Assembly: GCF_006345805.1 (NCBI RefSeq)
Contig: NC_043002.1
Location: forward strand, 8,680,001 to 8,744,000
Source: Octopus sinensis
Lineage: Eukaryota
Length of the DNA stretch: 64,000 nucleotides
Direction: 5' to 3'
The position numbers and the translations under genes were made by a program. Positions 34,908 to 48,254 of the stretch are shown piece by piece. Each line of letters begins with the position of its first letter. The stretch's first letter is position 1. Under the pieces are notes generated by a model. That model saw only the letters and a list, made by a program, of their open reading frames with translations. It was not told the DNA's origin and did not search any database.

Positions 34908-35315
34908 AGCGGCGAGCTGGCAGAATCGTTAGCACGCCAGGCGAAATGCTGAGCCGTATTTCATCTGCCATTACGCTCTGAGTTCAAATTCCGCCGAGGT
35001 CGACTTTGCCTTTCATCCTTTCGGGATCGATAAATTAAGTACCAGTTAAGCACTGGGGTCAATATAATCGACTTAATCTGTTTGTCTGTCCTCTCTGTGT
35101 TTAGCCCTTTGTGGGTAGTAAAGAAATAGGTATTTCATCTGCCGTTACGTTCTGAGTTTAAATTCCGCCGAGGTTGACTTTGCCTTTCATCCTTTTGGGG
35201 TCGATAAATTAAGTACCAGTTATGCACTGGGGGTCGATATAATCGGCTTAATCCGTTTGTCTGTCCTTGTTTGTCCTCTCTGTGTTTAGCCCCTTGTGGG
35301 TAGTAAAGAAATAGG
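34908..35315 (+). mobile_element. Head-to-tail dimer of SINE family C
   Basis: Full copy 34908-35130, then a second copy lacking the first ~45 bp (35131-35315). Confidence 0.9.
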
Positions 35316-35519
35316 TACAATAAAATAGACCCAGTCCATGTTGTGAAGTAGTTGGTGATAAAAGAAGGTTATACAACCAGTAAAATAATACCAGAATCAT
35401 AAAAATACATCTTGATACAAAATACCAATATACTGATAGTACCAAACTGCATATGCAATTCCAGCATTTACCATGCTAAAGCTGTGCACAATAGTAGGGT
35501 AGGTAGTTAGAAACAGCTG

Positions 35520-36475
35520 ACCATATGCAAGAGCCACTTGACCGTCATGAAAATGCTTTGGCTGGAATAGGTATGCTGCTGGCAAAGAAATAAAATGATA
35601 AGGTAATCAAAGTAGCGAGAATATACGACAATAATTACTGGCACTTGAGCCCCGTGCTACTAGGGTGCCAAGAGCACCATCCGAGCGTGATTGTTGCCAG
35701 AGCAGCCAACTGGCTTCCGTGCCAGTGGCACATAAAAGGGCACCATTCAAGCGTGATCGTTACCAACGTCGCCTTACTGGCACCTGTGCCAGTGGCATGT
35801 GCAAAAAGATTTGAGCGAGGTTGTTGCCAGTACCACCTGACTGGCCCCCATGCTGGTGGCATGTAAAAAGGACCCACTACACTCTTAGAGTGGTTGGCGT
35901 TAGGAAGGACATCCAGCTGTAGAAACTCTGCCAAATCAAGATTGGGGCCTGGTGCAGCCATCTGGTTCGCCAGCCCTCAGTCAAAATCGTCCAACCCATG
36001 CTAGCACGGAAAGCGGACGTTAAATGATGATGATGATGATGAATTAAGATTAGACTAGTTGTGGATAAAGCAAGAGTAACCGATATCTTTGCTTGCACAC
36101 CACAATCAGAACGAATTGATGTGCAAAAGGATTGCTTTTATGAGGCTTTATTAGAAACCACCTTGATAACAAATGACAGCAACATCATTATACAGGCTGG
36201 TGATTTTAATGGATGAGTTGAGCAGCATTAGAGTACACAGTAACTGAGGACGTAATCTGAAGAATGAGGAGAGATTAAAGCTTCTGGAGTTGTGTGACAC
36301 AAACTAACAATCTGCAACACAAACTTCAGGAAACTAACCAGTCGCTTGAATACCTTCAATCAAGTGAACGTGCAAAACAGAAAAATCTTCATTCTCACGA
36401 GGAAGCAGAATAGACACAGGGTTGTAAATGCTAAGTATTTTCCTAGTGATTAATGTACCACCCAGCATAGAAATG
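35520..36475 (+). mobile_element. RTE-b endonuclease fragment interrupted by family A (35638-36041)
   Basis: 'GIGMLLA...VIKV', 'IIQAGDFNG', 'LKLLELCDTN...NTNFRK', 'CTTQHR'; aatta repeated at both sides of the insert. Confidence 0.75.
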
Positions 36476-37559
36476 AAAAGGGTATGGGTTTGAGATACTG
36501 TTATGGTGGAAGAAAGTTAAGAACAAAGGAAATGGTGAAAGAAAAATCTAAGAGCAGAGACAGAAGAGAAACAAGGGACATAGTTTTTTGAGGAAAAAAA
36601 GTTAGTGAGACATGGTTGGGGGGGGGGGGGGGGGAGAAGTATGATAAAGATGAGTATAATGTGTATAAACAGAAGCAAAAAAGGAACAAAAAAGAGAGAA
36701 AATTTGGGGGAAAAGCTTGAAAAAATCAATACATTACTTGTGAGAAGTCCAAAGCGGTATACAACTGATGCAAAGCCCAGGGAGGTAGAATTGTTCATAA
36801 TATGGGGAAGAATTAATTAGCGAAAATTAGTCAAGTAATGCACTTAGAAAGGCAAACAATAGATGCATATGCACATGTCAGAGTTTGAGGTGTTTATAAC
36901 AGAGGGGAAAAAAGAGAGGAAGGCCTGAGAATGCAAAGAAGGTGAGAATTCAGAGTTAATTTTAAGTGATAATAAATTCCACAGGGAGGAAAATTTGGAG
37001 AATCAGGTGGAGAGAGTTTAGACTGAATGTGATTTGGAAGAATTGGTAAAATCCAATGGTAGAGGGAAAATGGTGGAGGGAGAAGCAGTCTTTTAGAGAG
37101 AAGATGAAAGGAAAGCAAGAGGATCAAAAGAATAGGACAAAGAAAAAGGTGCAGGTGCAACTATGTATACAGGTGTGCGAAAGTAAGTTTAGAACCGAAC
37201 CTACACACCCAGACACCCCATTCCCCACATCAGATTTCTCTAATAAACTTTCCATAAGGCTCATTTGCTCCACCAAATCTGACATAGAATTTGTTAATAA
37301 ATGCATTAGGGATAGGATTATCCGTGCAGAAAAAGGATAAACTTTTTTTCCTCTGGAACAGCATGGGTGATGTGATCACCAGGTTCTCCACTTCCCCTAA
37401 AACAGCTAATACCTCTTTACTCCAATTCAATATCTCCATTTACTATGCCTCAGTCTTCCTCATTCTCATAAATAAAACTTGAACCCCTTCTTCACTCTGA
37501 CACTGATATTATTTTAACAGCACAAAAGACACTCCAATCTTTTAACAACAAATATTTGT

Positions 37560-37974
37560 TTACGTGCCGGTGGTACATAAAAAGCACCATCCGTATGTGG
37601 CCGATGCCAGCGCCACCTTAACTGGCTTCCATATCGGTGGCACGAAAAACTACCAACCGATCACGGCCATTGCCAGCCTCCCCTGGCACCTGTGCCAGTG
37701 GCACGTAAAAAGCACCATCCGTACGTGGTCAATGCCAGCGCCACCTTGACTGGCTTCCGTGCCAGTGGCACATAAAAAGCACCAACCGATCATGGCCATT
37801 GCCAGTGTCTCCTGGCACCTGTGCTGGTGGCACATAAAAAGCACCCACTACACTCATGGAGTGGTTGGTGTTAGGAAGGGCATCCAGCTGTAGAAACACT
37901 GCCAGATCAGACTGGAGCCTGTCCAACCCATGCTAGCATGGAAAACAGACATTAAACGATGATAATGATGATGA
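37560..37974 (+). mobile_element. Family A copy with about four modules
   Basis: gtgccggtggtacataaaaagcaccatcc...core...gacattaaacgatgat. Confidence 0.9.
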
Positions 37975-38232
37975 TTTGTCCCGAAATTCCACTATTGAAT
38001 GCTTTGATATTACTATGGTCCCCTTTGGACTGACTCAGCCCACGTCACCACTCTGATGGACCTCTTTCCTTTTATTTCAAATTAACAAACATTTACCTGG
38101 GATCTACTTATGCCAGGTCAGTGGCATTCCACTGGGAAGACTTTCTTGAGAGGAACAATGTCTCTGGCTTTGCAACACTAATTCTCATCCCTGTCTTTGC
38201 AACACTCAACAGCACAGCCATTCCGTACATAC

Positions 38233-38296
38233 CTGAGACCACCAATTATAATACCACTTCCATAATGGCTGTACATGTCAATTCACTTCATAGGAA
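38233..38296 (-). other. Candidate 64-nt exon (possible 5' UTR plus start codon)
   Basis: tacattttcatgttttcttttcatag|...GGTCTCAG|gtatgt; ATG at 38276 gives MYSHYGSGIIIGGL. Confidence 0.25.
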
Positions 38297-38442
38297 CTAT
38301 GAAAAGAAAACATGAAAATGTATATCGCTGTTCAAGTCCAAGAGCCATATAAAAGGGTTTTGACTTAGCACCATTTACCTATTTACAACTGGGCATTCAC
38401 ACACACACATGTGTGTTTAAAAATTTATAAAGTGAACAAGTG

Positions 38443-38514
38443 GCTGTGATCGTCTAGTGGTTATGACCCCACGTTGTGGCCGTGGTAACCCAGGTTCGAA
38501 TCCTGGTCACGGCA
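38443..38514 (+). tRNA. trnH-GUG: tRNA-His(GTG)
   Basis: GCTGTGATCGTCTAGTGGTTATGACCCCACGTTGTGGCCGTGGTAACCCAGGTTCGAATCCTGGTCACGGCA, 72 nt, cloverleaf with GTG anticodon; two differences from the usual invertebrate sequence as I recall it; T4 run ~20 nt downstream. Confidence 0.9.
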
Positions 38515-38664
38515 GTCCACCATTACCTTCTCTTTTAATGACGCTGCCCCAGCATGGCCACAGCTCGTGAGTTGAAACTAGATAAAATGATAAAAATGAA
38601 AAAAATACTTATATACATATATATTTATGAGTAACTATAAGTAGACCTAATAACTGTACAAATA

Positions 38665-40400
38665 AAAAAAACGGAGATGTGTCTATATGTGCTGCATCCA
38701 AGAAGTAAGGTGGAGAGGAGGTTCTGCTAGGTTCCTCACAGGTAAAGAACATAGGTACAAGATTTTCTGGGCAGGGAACACTGATGGGGTTGGGGGCATG
38801 GGTATACTTCTCGCTGAAAAATGGGTAGAAAAGGTAATTGAGGTAGTCAGAGTATGCGATAGAATACTTAAGATTAGATTAGTGCTTCACCATGGGTTAG
38901 CAACCATTATATCGGGCTATGCCCCTCAGCCGGGGCTACCCAATGGACAGAAAGACCGATTCTATGACACCCTACTGCAGACTACTTCGTTGACAAATGA
39001 CAGGGACCTTCTCTTTGTGGCAGGTGACTTCAATGGACATGTTGGACAACATACAGGGGGCTTCCATGGCATATATGGAGGCTACGGTTATGGTTCCCGC
39101 AACGACGAGGGAACCAGGTTGCTGGAGTTCTATGATGCAAATGATCTTATGGTTTGCAGTACTAACTTCAGGAAACCTAGCAGTCACCTAGTCACCTACT
39201 GATCGGGCCGACATACAAGCCAAATTGACTACATCCTTGCCAGAAAAAGGGAAAGATGGCCACTTATAAATGCCAAAACCTTCCCAGATGAAGAATGTAC
39301 CCCACAACATAGACTGGTAGTTAGTGACTTTAGGATCAGGACTAAGTGGACGCCCAGAAGACAACCAACATGGAGAAGAAGGGTCTGGAAGCTTAAAGAT
39401 CCTGCAAATGGACAGAGATTTAGAGACATATTACTCGAAGCCTTTGACGAAATAGAAGGGGATATAGATTCACATGGGGTAGAAGACAACTGGAGGTTTC
39501 TACAGGACAACCTGCTGAGAGCCACTGACCAGATCTCTGGATGGTGCAAAGTCCCCTCTTGACCCAAAATAACGTGGTGGTGGAACAATGTTGTAGACAG
39601 GGCTATTAGAGAAAAAAAACAGGCTTGGAAGGACTGAAAAAACGGTGGTAGCAAGGAATTGTATCAGACTGCCAGAAGAGAAGCTAGGAGACAGATTAAT
39701 AGATAAAGTTGTCTCTGTATGTGACAGATGTGCAGGAACAATAAGCAGTAAGAGCACATGGGACTTGAACCCTCTCAAATGCTCAGGAGGCTTTCTATAG
39801 GTTGTAGATAGTTTCTGTTACCTAGGTGGCCAAATTAGCAATGGTGGAGGATGCTCTGAAATTAGTGTTTCTAGAATAAGAATAGAATAGGATGGAGGAA
39901 GTTCAGAGAGCTACTACCTCTGTTGGCATCAAAAGGACTCTCTCTCTCAGAGTGAAAGGTAGATTGTATGATGCTTGTGTATGAATGGCTATATTCCATG
40001 GTAGTGAGACATGGGCTCTGGATGCAGAAGATATGTGTAGACGAGAGATAAATGAAGGCAGTATGCTCTGTTGGATGTGCAACATCAGTTTGCATGTACA
40101 ACAAAGTGCAAATGTGCTGAGAGAAGAGTTGGGCATAAGAGGAATCAAATGTAGTATGCAAGAGAGAAGACTACGTTGGTTTGGACATGTGATACATATG
40201 AATGAAGACGTCTGTATAAAGTAGTGACACTCACTGAAAGTGGATGGTACTTGAAGAAGAGGGAGATTCAGGAAGACATGGAATGAGGTTGTGAGGACCA
40301 ATCTCAGGATGTTGGACCTCACGGAGGAAATGACAATGGACTGAGATGTCTGGTGATATGAGTTTCTTGATAAGAACTGCCCAAGTCAATGAAATGTTGT
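38665..40400 (+). mobile_element. RTE-b LINE with well-preserved endonuclease and an internal deletion of RT
   Basis: ORF 38687-39202 'CCIQEVRWRG...YAPQ...AGDFNGHVG...', continuing 'QIDYIL...PQHRLVV...TWWWN', then jumps at ~39698 to 'VCDRCAG...FCYLGG...HGSETW...RLRWFGHV'. Confidence 0.9.
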
Positions 40401-40759
40401 GTGTTCCACTCACACATAAAACTTTTCACACACCTTATCCCAACATACCAAACTTCATCTCTTCTCTTCCTCACATTTCCTCTTTCATACACCATCCTTA
40501 TTTCTCACTCCCCTGTCCTGTCCTCCCTTCCCTGCTCATTATATCATTGATATCTCAGTCTCCCACCATCTCTATATGCCCAGGTTTTCAGTCACTGCAT
40601 TCTCCACTCCCTGCTCACACTTCTTTGGCAATACTCTGCCACTTAAATTATGACCTCTATACCTTGAGGGTATGCCTTGGAACTTGCCACTATCTCCCTT
40701 TCTTCCATTATTCTACCACAAAGCACTATCAATCAAAAACCTCAACAAACTCTGCTTTA

Positions 40760-41400
40760 TGATCAGACACTGTCAAAAAGTTCTTCATCAAGTGACCAAT
40801 GACCAGGCTCAACAACATCTAAATAATTTGTAAATAACTGCTGGCAAATCCTTGAGATGCCTGTTTTCAATATTGCATTATAACTGGTGATGGAAAACGG
40901 ATATAATTTTTATAATCCTAATATGATAAATCAGTGGCTTCATTCCAGCTAAGCTTCAAATCCTGTTATCAAAACTAGGGCAGTTTGAACTGAAAGTCAT
41001 TTGGTGTAATTTTGAGGGAGTGTCCCAAATGGTTGTACTGTGAACACTAACCTTTATGGTCAACAACTGCAGTGAGTAAAGAGATCTTACTCTGGTATTG
41101 GTCAACTGAAGACATGCACTCCTATAGTTGATGATGCCCCAGCACACACTGCCAATGTGACCAAGTGCAAACTTGAATTTGAGGGGCTGGAAGTGTTGTC
41201 TCCTTCTGCCTACAATCCAGACCTTGCACCATTAGATTACCACCTTTATCAAGCCACGGTTCATGTCCTGCACAGATAGAAGTTCAACGATGTGGATGAG
41301 GTTGAAAAGAGGTGCAGAGAGTTTTGTCTCTAAACCAGTCAAATGGCATGAGCATAAAACTGAGCACCTGGCACAATGGATGGTAACAGTCAGTAGACGT
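40760..41400 (+). mobile_element. Decayed mariner (DD34D-type) transposase fragment
   Basis: 'ITGDGKRI', 'DDAPAHTA', 'YNPDLAPLDYHLY', 'KFNDVDEV'; stops and frameshifts. Confidence 0.85.
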
Positions 41401-41564
41401 GAGGTTACTCAAAAGGGCTGCACAGCTCAGAGATCAGGTTGAGTCGCTGCAACTTCACACTGAGGGGTAACAGCTCTGTTATTATGGACATGGGATTAGA
41501 ATGTTACAGGAAAGAATCACAAGATGGATTCTTCAAACCAATCCAGGTGTCAGTTGATCATACT

Positions 41565-41768
41565 GTGTCTGTGTTTGTCCCCCTAGCATTGCTTGACAAC
41601 CGATGCTGGTGTGTTTATGTTCCCGTTACTTAGCGGTTCGGCAAAAGAGACCGATAGAATAAGTACTGGGCTTACAAAAGAATAAGTCCCGGGTCGAGTT
41701 GCTTGATTAAAGGCGGTGCTCCAACATGGCTGCAGTCAAATGATTGAAACGAGTAAAAGAGAGAGAGA
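41565..41768 (+). mobile_element. SINE family B, 3' half
   Basis: gtttgtccccctagcattgcttgacaaccgatgctgg...gagtaaaagag. Confidence 0.85.
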
Positions 41769-42866
41769 GTATACTTGGGAATCCAGCCAGAAAGTCTAAT
41801 GACAATTGCTTTGGATAGGACCGTATGGAGGGGTGTCTGGCAACCCTACCCCCATGAACCTCTTAGTAATGGCAGGCAAAGAAGATGAATGGATGGATTA
41901 GCAAAAACATAAAAAATAAAATAAATAAAGCTTCTGTATTTGACTTTTGTCAACATGGAGAAAGCCTTTGATAGGGTCTACTGCTCCCTTTTCTGGTGGT
42001 CAATGCAGAAGCTAGGGATAGACAAGTGATCAGTGAGAGCTGTACAAGCCATGTACAGGGATGTTGTCAGTTAGGTGAAAGTCAGCAATGAGTGTAGCAA
42101 CAAATTTAGAGTACAGGTAGGAGTTCACCAAAAATCAGTTCTCATCCCCCTCTTGTTTATCAGAGCTTTCCTGGTCATACAAGAGGAATTTAAGACTGGT
42201 TGCCCTTGGGAAATCTTCTACACTGATGACCTTGTTCTTATAGTTGAATCCCTACAAGAATTAGAGAAGAAACTTAAGGTGTGGAGGCAAGGTCTGAAAT
42301 CAAAGGGTCTTAGAGTTAATTTAGCAAAAACCAAAGTATTAGTAAGTAGAAAGCAGACAAATTATTAAAATCTTCAGGGAGATGGCCCTGCTTGGAATGT
42401 AGAAATGGTCTAAGTAGAAGCTCCAGTGCAAGCTGCAGACACATAGGAGGTGCAGCAGCATCACTGGGAGTCTAAGAGAGAAAGTAGTCTTTATATGTGG
42501 CAGATGTGCAGGTACACTAAACACCATGAATGAACAAAAAACAGACCTCCTCAAATGTCCAGAGGGTTCCTTGAAAGTAGTAGACAGCTTCCATTGCCTA
42601 GGAAACCAAGTTAGCAGTGGTACAGGATATTCTGAAAATGTAGCTGCTAGAATAAGAACTGGCTGGGCAAAGAAAGGGTCGCTGCTTTGTTGGTAACAAA
42701 GAAGCTCTGCCACAGAGTGAAAGAAAAATTGTATGATGTCTGTGTTTAGACAGCTATGCTACATGGCATTGAAACATGGACTGTGAATGCAGAGGACACG
42801 TGAAGAAATGAAGCCAGCATGCTCCATTGGATGTGCAACATCAGTGTGCATGTATGACTGTTTTAA

Positions 42867-43088
42867 CGCTTTCATTACCGTATTTATTTTGAGATGCTCT
42901 GTGTTTCTTTCAATTAATTTTAAATATAACAAAGAATTTAGTAAAATAACTTAGTTATCATTAAGCTAGTGTTAGGAGCATAAATTGTAACAAAGGTTTG
43001 GTGGAAGATTTTAATTAAAGACTTATGAAAACAAGACATTTGTACTACAGAGCCAGAGGCGGTTTCAGCTGGGTTGCTATTGAAAGGG
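42867..43088. mobile_element. piggyBac-like MITE
   Basis: TTAA|cgctttcattacc...gctattgaaaggg|TTAA; host RTE text resumes across the site. Confidence 0.8.
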
Positions 43089-43650
43089 TTAAGAGAAATT
43101 TGGGAATAAGAGGCTTTGGATGTACTGTACAAGAGAGAAGACTGCACTGGTATGGTGATGTGATGCATATGGATGAGGACGGCTGCATAAGGAAGTACCA
43201 ATCTGTAATTGTGGAGGGAACCTCAGGAAGAGGGAGACTCAAGAAGATATGATATGATGTGGTGAGAAATGATCTTTGGATGTTGAGCCTCACAGATGAG
43301 ATGACACATGATCGAGACTTCTGGTGATTTATGCTTTTGAGAACACACATCAAGCTAAGTAAAATTGTGGGAAGCCATGCACCCCTCTTACACACATACT
43401 CAATCTGTCCTCCAGCGAAACACTCCTGCAACCCATTTCTCCAACACTTCTCCCATCCCACCATCTATGATCCCTACTCACTAGTCATTGCAGACCCCTC
43501 CTCTTTCTCTCACATGTCTCACTCCATGCCCTTGCATATCTACCATCCACTCCAGTTTCTCACACCATCACTTGCTACACTCACTTCTTCCCCATCTCCC
43601 CTCACAGTCTTATGGAACATCCCCCTCTATCTCCTTTTGTACCACTTACA

Positions 43651-43889
43651 CCTATTTCTATTTCTTTACTACCTAAAAGGGGCCAAACACAGAGAGGACA
43701 AACAAGGACAGACAAACTGATTAAGTCGATTATATAGATTCCAGTGCGTAACTGGTACTTATTTAATCGACCCCGAAAGGATGAAAGGCAAAGTCGACCT
43801 CGGCAGAATTTGAACTCAGAACGTAACAGCAGACGAAATACAGCTAAGCATTTCGCCTGGCGTGCTAACGTTTCTGCCAGCTCGCCGCC
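43651..43889 (-). mobile_element. Full-length SINE family C
   Basis: Reverse complement of the 34908 copy. Confidence 0.9.
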
Positions 43890-44355
43890 TTATACCCTGC
43901 CACTGCTACATGTGGGTCGGTCCCAATGCATCTCCAACACCATCTATTTCTCTCTCCCTCCCTTCAAAGTAAGGTAGCCAGAAATCACCTCCATAGTAAG
44001 ACACCTATCTCTATCCCTCTGTTATACTCTAACCACTCACCTGGCACAAAGCCACTTCCTGTCATTCTACTCCCTTTCTCACCTGAGAGGTCTTTGACTC
44101 ACCGGTTACCAGGTGATCCCCACTGGTGTCAATGACACAAAAAGTGCCAGTGATGGTGCCATATAAAAAAGTGCCCAATACACTCTGTGAAGTGGTTAGC
44201 ATTAGGAAGGGCAACCAGCTGTAGAAACCATGACAAAATAGATAATGGAACCAGGTGCTGCGCTCCAGTTTGCCAGTTCTTATCAAGCCATCCAACCTAG
44301 GCCAACATGGAAGACGGATGTTAAGTGAAGATGATGATGATATATATCAATAAGG

Positions 44356-44587
44356 GGCGGCGAGCTGGCAGAAACGTTAGCACACTGGACGAAATGCTTA
44401 GCGGTATTTCGTCTGCCTTAACGTTCTGAGTTCAAACTCCGCCGAGGTCGACTTTGCCTTTCATCCTTTCGGGGTCGATTAAATAAGTACCATTTACGCA
44501 CTGGGGATCGATATAATCGACTTAATCCCTTTGTCTGTCCTTGTTTGTCCCCTCTATGTTTAGCCCCTTGTGGGTAGTAAAGAAACA
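44356..44587 (+). mobile_element. Full-length SINE family C with 14-bp TSD
   Basis: TSD gatatatatcaata at 44339-44352 and 44588-44601. Confidence 0.9.
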
Positions 44588-44961
44588 GATATATATCAAT
44601 ATGAGTGGTAAGAAATTTGCTTTCTAACCACTTGGTTCTGAATTCAGCGCCATAGTGTGGTACCTTGGACAAATATCTAATATTAAGCCCTGTACCAGCC
44701 AAGAGGATTTTGTAGAGAAACACTGAAGAAAACCCATGATGCTTCATGCATGAATGTATGTCTATCTGTTAGTATAAATGTATGTCTAGCATTGTCTTCA
44801 CTTTACATTGCATGATATTTGTAAAATGATTGTCACTATCACACAAGTTAGTGTCATTCATTTCCAATATTCTGCAAGGACATGTCTGGTTGTGGGAAAA
44901 TAATTCTTTGCTTAATAGGTGAGGGTTGGCAACAGGAAGTGCATCTGGCCATATATATATA

Positions 44962-45122
44962 TCATCATCATCATCATCGTTTAATGTCCGCTTTCCATGC
45001 TAGCATGGGTTGGACAGTTCGACCAGGGCATGAGAAGCCAGGTGGCTGCACCAGGCCCAGTCTGATCTGGCAGTGTTTCTACAGCTGGATGCCCTTCCTA
45101 ATGCCAACCACTCCGTAAGTGT
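44962..45122 (-). mobile_element. Family A terminus
   Basis: catcatcgtttaatgtccgctttccatgctagcatggg...ccactcc. Confidence 0.9.
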
Positions 45123-45143
45123 AATATATATATATCCATATCA

Positions 45144-45180
<37 letters not shown>

Positions 45181-45207
45181 ATATACATACAGACATGTGT
45201 ATGTATG

Positions 45208-45246
<39 letters not shown>

Positions 45247-45659
45247 ATATATGTGTGCACAGAGTACTATAAATTATGTCTATGTATAACCCCAATAGGA
45301 AAAACAGTGTTTGTTACATAGGGTGTGTGTGTGTGTGTGTTTAAAGAGTTAGAAAGAAATGAGATATAATTAAATAAAGAAATGAAACCAAGAGCTATTA
45401 TCTTAATTGCAGAGGTAGACTATGGATTACACGTTTAGGTTAATAAGAAATGTTAATAGCTTCATACAAGTTTGAGACAATGTTAATGAGGGAAGACAGA
45501 ATATTAATATTACGGACAAAAATTTTGTGAAATACTGTCAAACAACAGCAATAACAACACAAAACAGAAATGCAATCTATCTTCAATGACGTAAAGAAAT
45601 TTCAGACTGAATTTATGTAGCCACTTTGCATATGTATCTAATCTCTCTCTCTCTCTCTC

Positions 45660-45703
<44 letters not shown>

Positions 45704-45990
45704 CACACACACACACACGAAGATATAGACAGTTCTACAGCAGTGCATGAGTAATGTTTGTGAAGTCACATGCATAAAGATGCATGTAAAATGCATGCAT
45801 TCATGCACAGATGTCTGGCAGTAAAGAAGTTTTGAATTGTGAAATGAAATTTTTACAATGATATATATACATAAATCCCCTGAAAGAAAAGTGCATGAGT
45901 GTGTATACACACACACACACACACAGAGATATTTCTTTGTATACACATACATTGCGCAAACATAGACAAATATACATACATGTGTGTGCG

Positions 45991-46030
<40 letters not shown>

Positions 46031-46347
46031 ACAATTTGTATCTTTTCATAAACCCTTCATTGACAATTCATTATGCACAGAGATATCTATATATGCATGC
46101 ATATGTGTGTATGTCTGTACACATGTGTATGCGTAAAATTACTCTTATAAATGCAAAATATACACATGGATACTTTGAAATATAATCACACACAGATGCA
46201 TACACACACACACACACACACACATTTATATGAATGAAATTAAAAATACATTTGACACACTTGTATATTTACCGGCACTAGAATTTATGGCTGTTTTGTA
46301 TGTACACACACACATATACATATATACAAATACATATGTGTATGTAT

Positions 46348-46381
<34 letters not shown>

Positions 46382-46559
46382 AATAGCGTTCAGATATACA
46401 TATCCATCATATTCTTTTAAATGTCTTATTGACGAGTTTCATTTCTTCATTTCCCTGAAGAGAAGATTACATTGTTTTACACCATTTTATTCCTTTGGAA
46501 TAATACCAGTGATATCTTTGAAACATGTGTCGGAAGTAAAAGAATTTGAATAAGACATG

Positions 46560-46637
46560 CATTTAACTCCATTTATATATATATATAATATATATATATA
46601 TACACACATACATGTATATATATACATATACATAAAA

Positions 46638-46678
<41 letters not shown>

Positions 46679-46723
46679 CATACATACACACGTATATATA
46701 CATATACATAAGTGTGTGTGTGT

Positions 46724-46766
<43 letters not shown>

Positions 46767-47020
46767 CATATATACATACATACATACATACATACAACAT
46801 ACATATATATATACATACATATATATATACATACATACATATATACATACATACATATATACATACATACATATATACATACATACATATATATATACAT
46901 ACATATATATATACATACATACTATACATATACATACATACATATACATATACATACATACATATACATACACATACATACATATATATACATACATACA
47001 TACATACATACATACATACA

Positions 47021-47052
<32 letters not shown>

Positions 47053-47233
47053 CATACATATATATATATACATACATATATACATACATATATATATATA
47101 CATATATATATACATACATATATATATACATATATATATACATACATATATATATACATACATATATATATATATACATACATATATATATATATACAAC
47201 ATATATATATATATATATATACATACATACATA

Positions 47234-47265
<32 letters not shown>

Positions 47266-47465
47266 CATATATATACATACATACATATATATACATACAT
47301 ACATATATATACATACATATACATACATACATATATATACATACATACATACATATACATACATACACATACATACATATATACATACATACATATACAT
47401 ACATACATACATATACATACATACATACATACATACATATACATACATACATATACATACATACA

Positions 47466-47499
<34 letters not shown>

Positions 47500-47648
47500 C
47501 ATACATACATACATATATACATACATACATACATACATACATACATACATACATAATATACATACATACATATATATATACATACATACATATATATATA
47601 CATACATACAAACATGTATATATACATATACATAAAAGTGTGTGTGTG

Positions 47649-47680
<32 letters not shown>

Positions 47681-47727
47681 TATGCACCTGAGCACTGTAT
47701 ACAATAATTTCATTATTATTATTATTA

Positions 47728-47771
<44 letters not shown>

Positions 47772-47780
47772 GCATAGATA
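46560..47780. repeat. ~1.2-kb (TACA)n/(TA)n compound microsatellite
   Basis: Explains the 263-443-aa Y/I/H/T and C/M/V/Y ORFs. Confidence 0.97.
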
Positions 47781-48254
47781 CACATACACACAATTCAGAA
47801 TATCTGCATGTGTATGCATTTGTACATGTATGTGTACAAATAAATCTTTCTCTCTCAATCTATCTATACACACACACACACACACACCACACAACCAACC
47901 ACATGTATTTGAAATGCATTTAGCAAATTTGACAATTTACAAGAAATAAAATCATATTTGTTTTATATGTGGGGTGGAGGGAGGAACCATATATAATTTG
48001 TCTATCATACGTGTGCACGCACACACACGCACTCACACACATGAATGCATGCATCAAGTGTACATCTGTAGTATGCGGCTAAATTTTCAAAATGCTGTGG
48101 AATGAATGAAAAGATTGAAAAGTATTCGACAAGTGTATTTAACAAAAGCGAAACTGACAGAAAATTCAGAGGAAAACGAAAGGACAGTAGCAGAACTATA
48201 TTTTACTGTCTACGGACACATTAACCACAACAAACAGCTGACACCAACAGTTAC

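Larger units (their letters stand above)
41925..44340 (+). mobile_element. 5'-truncated RTE-b LINE from RT to family A tail, with piggyBac-like MITE and SINE C inserted
   Basis: 'FVNMEKAFDRV', 'GVHQKSVLIPLLF', 'FYTDDLVL', 'NLAKTKVL', PHD-like 'CLEC...QCKLQTHRRC...FICGRC', 'RRLHWYG...GRGRLKK', pyrimidine-rich UTR, family A core 44130-44340. Confidence 0.9.

Noticed and set aside
36480-37500. Purine-rich ORFs (36501-37482) as coding exons
   Set aside because: Low-complexity sequence resembling the reverse of the pyrimidine-rich LINE UTRs at 34130-34690, 40400-40740 and 43340-44050; no motif support
46557-47894. Long ORFs of 263-443 aa (also at 23-625, 14212-14705, 25415-25998, 29835-30393)
   Set aside because: Translations of (TA)n/(TACA)n/(TG)n microsatellites, which lack stop codons in some frames
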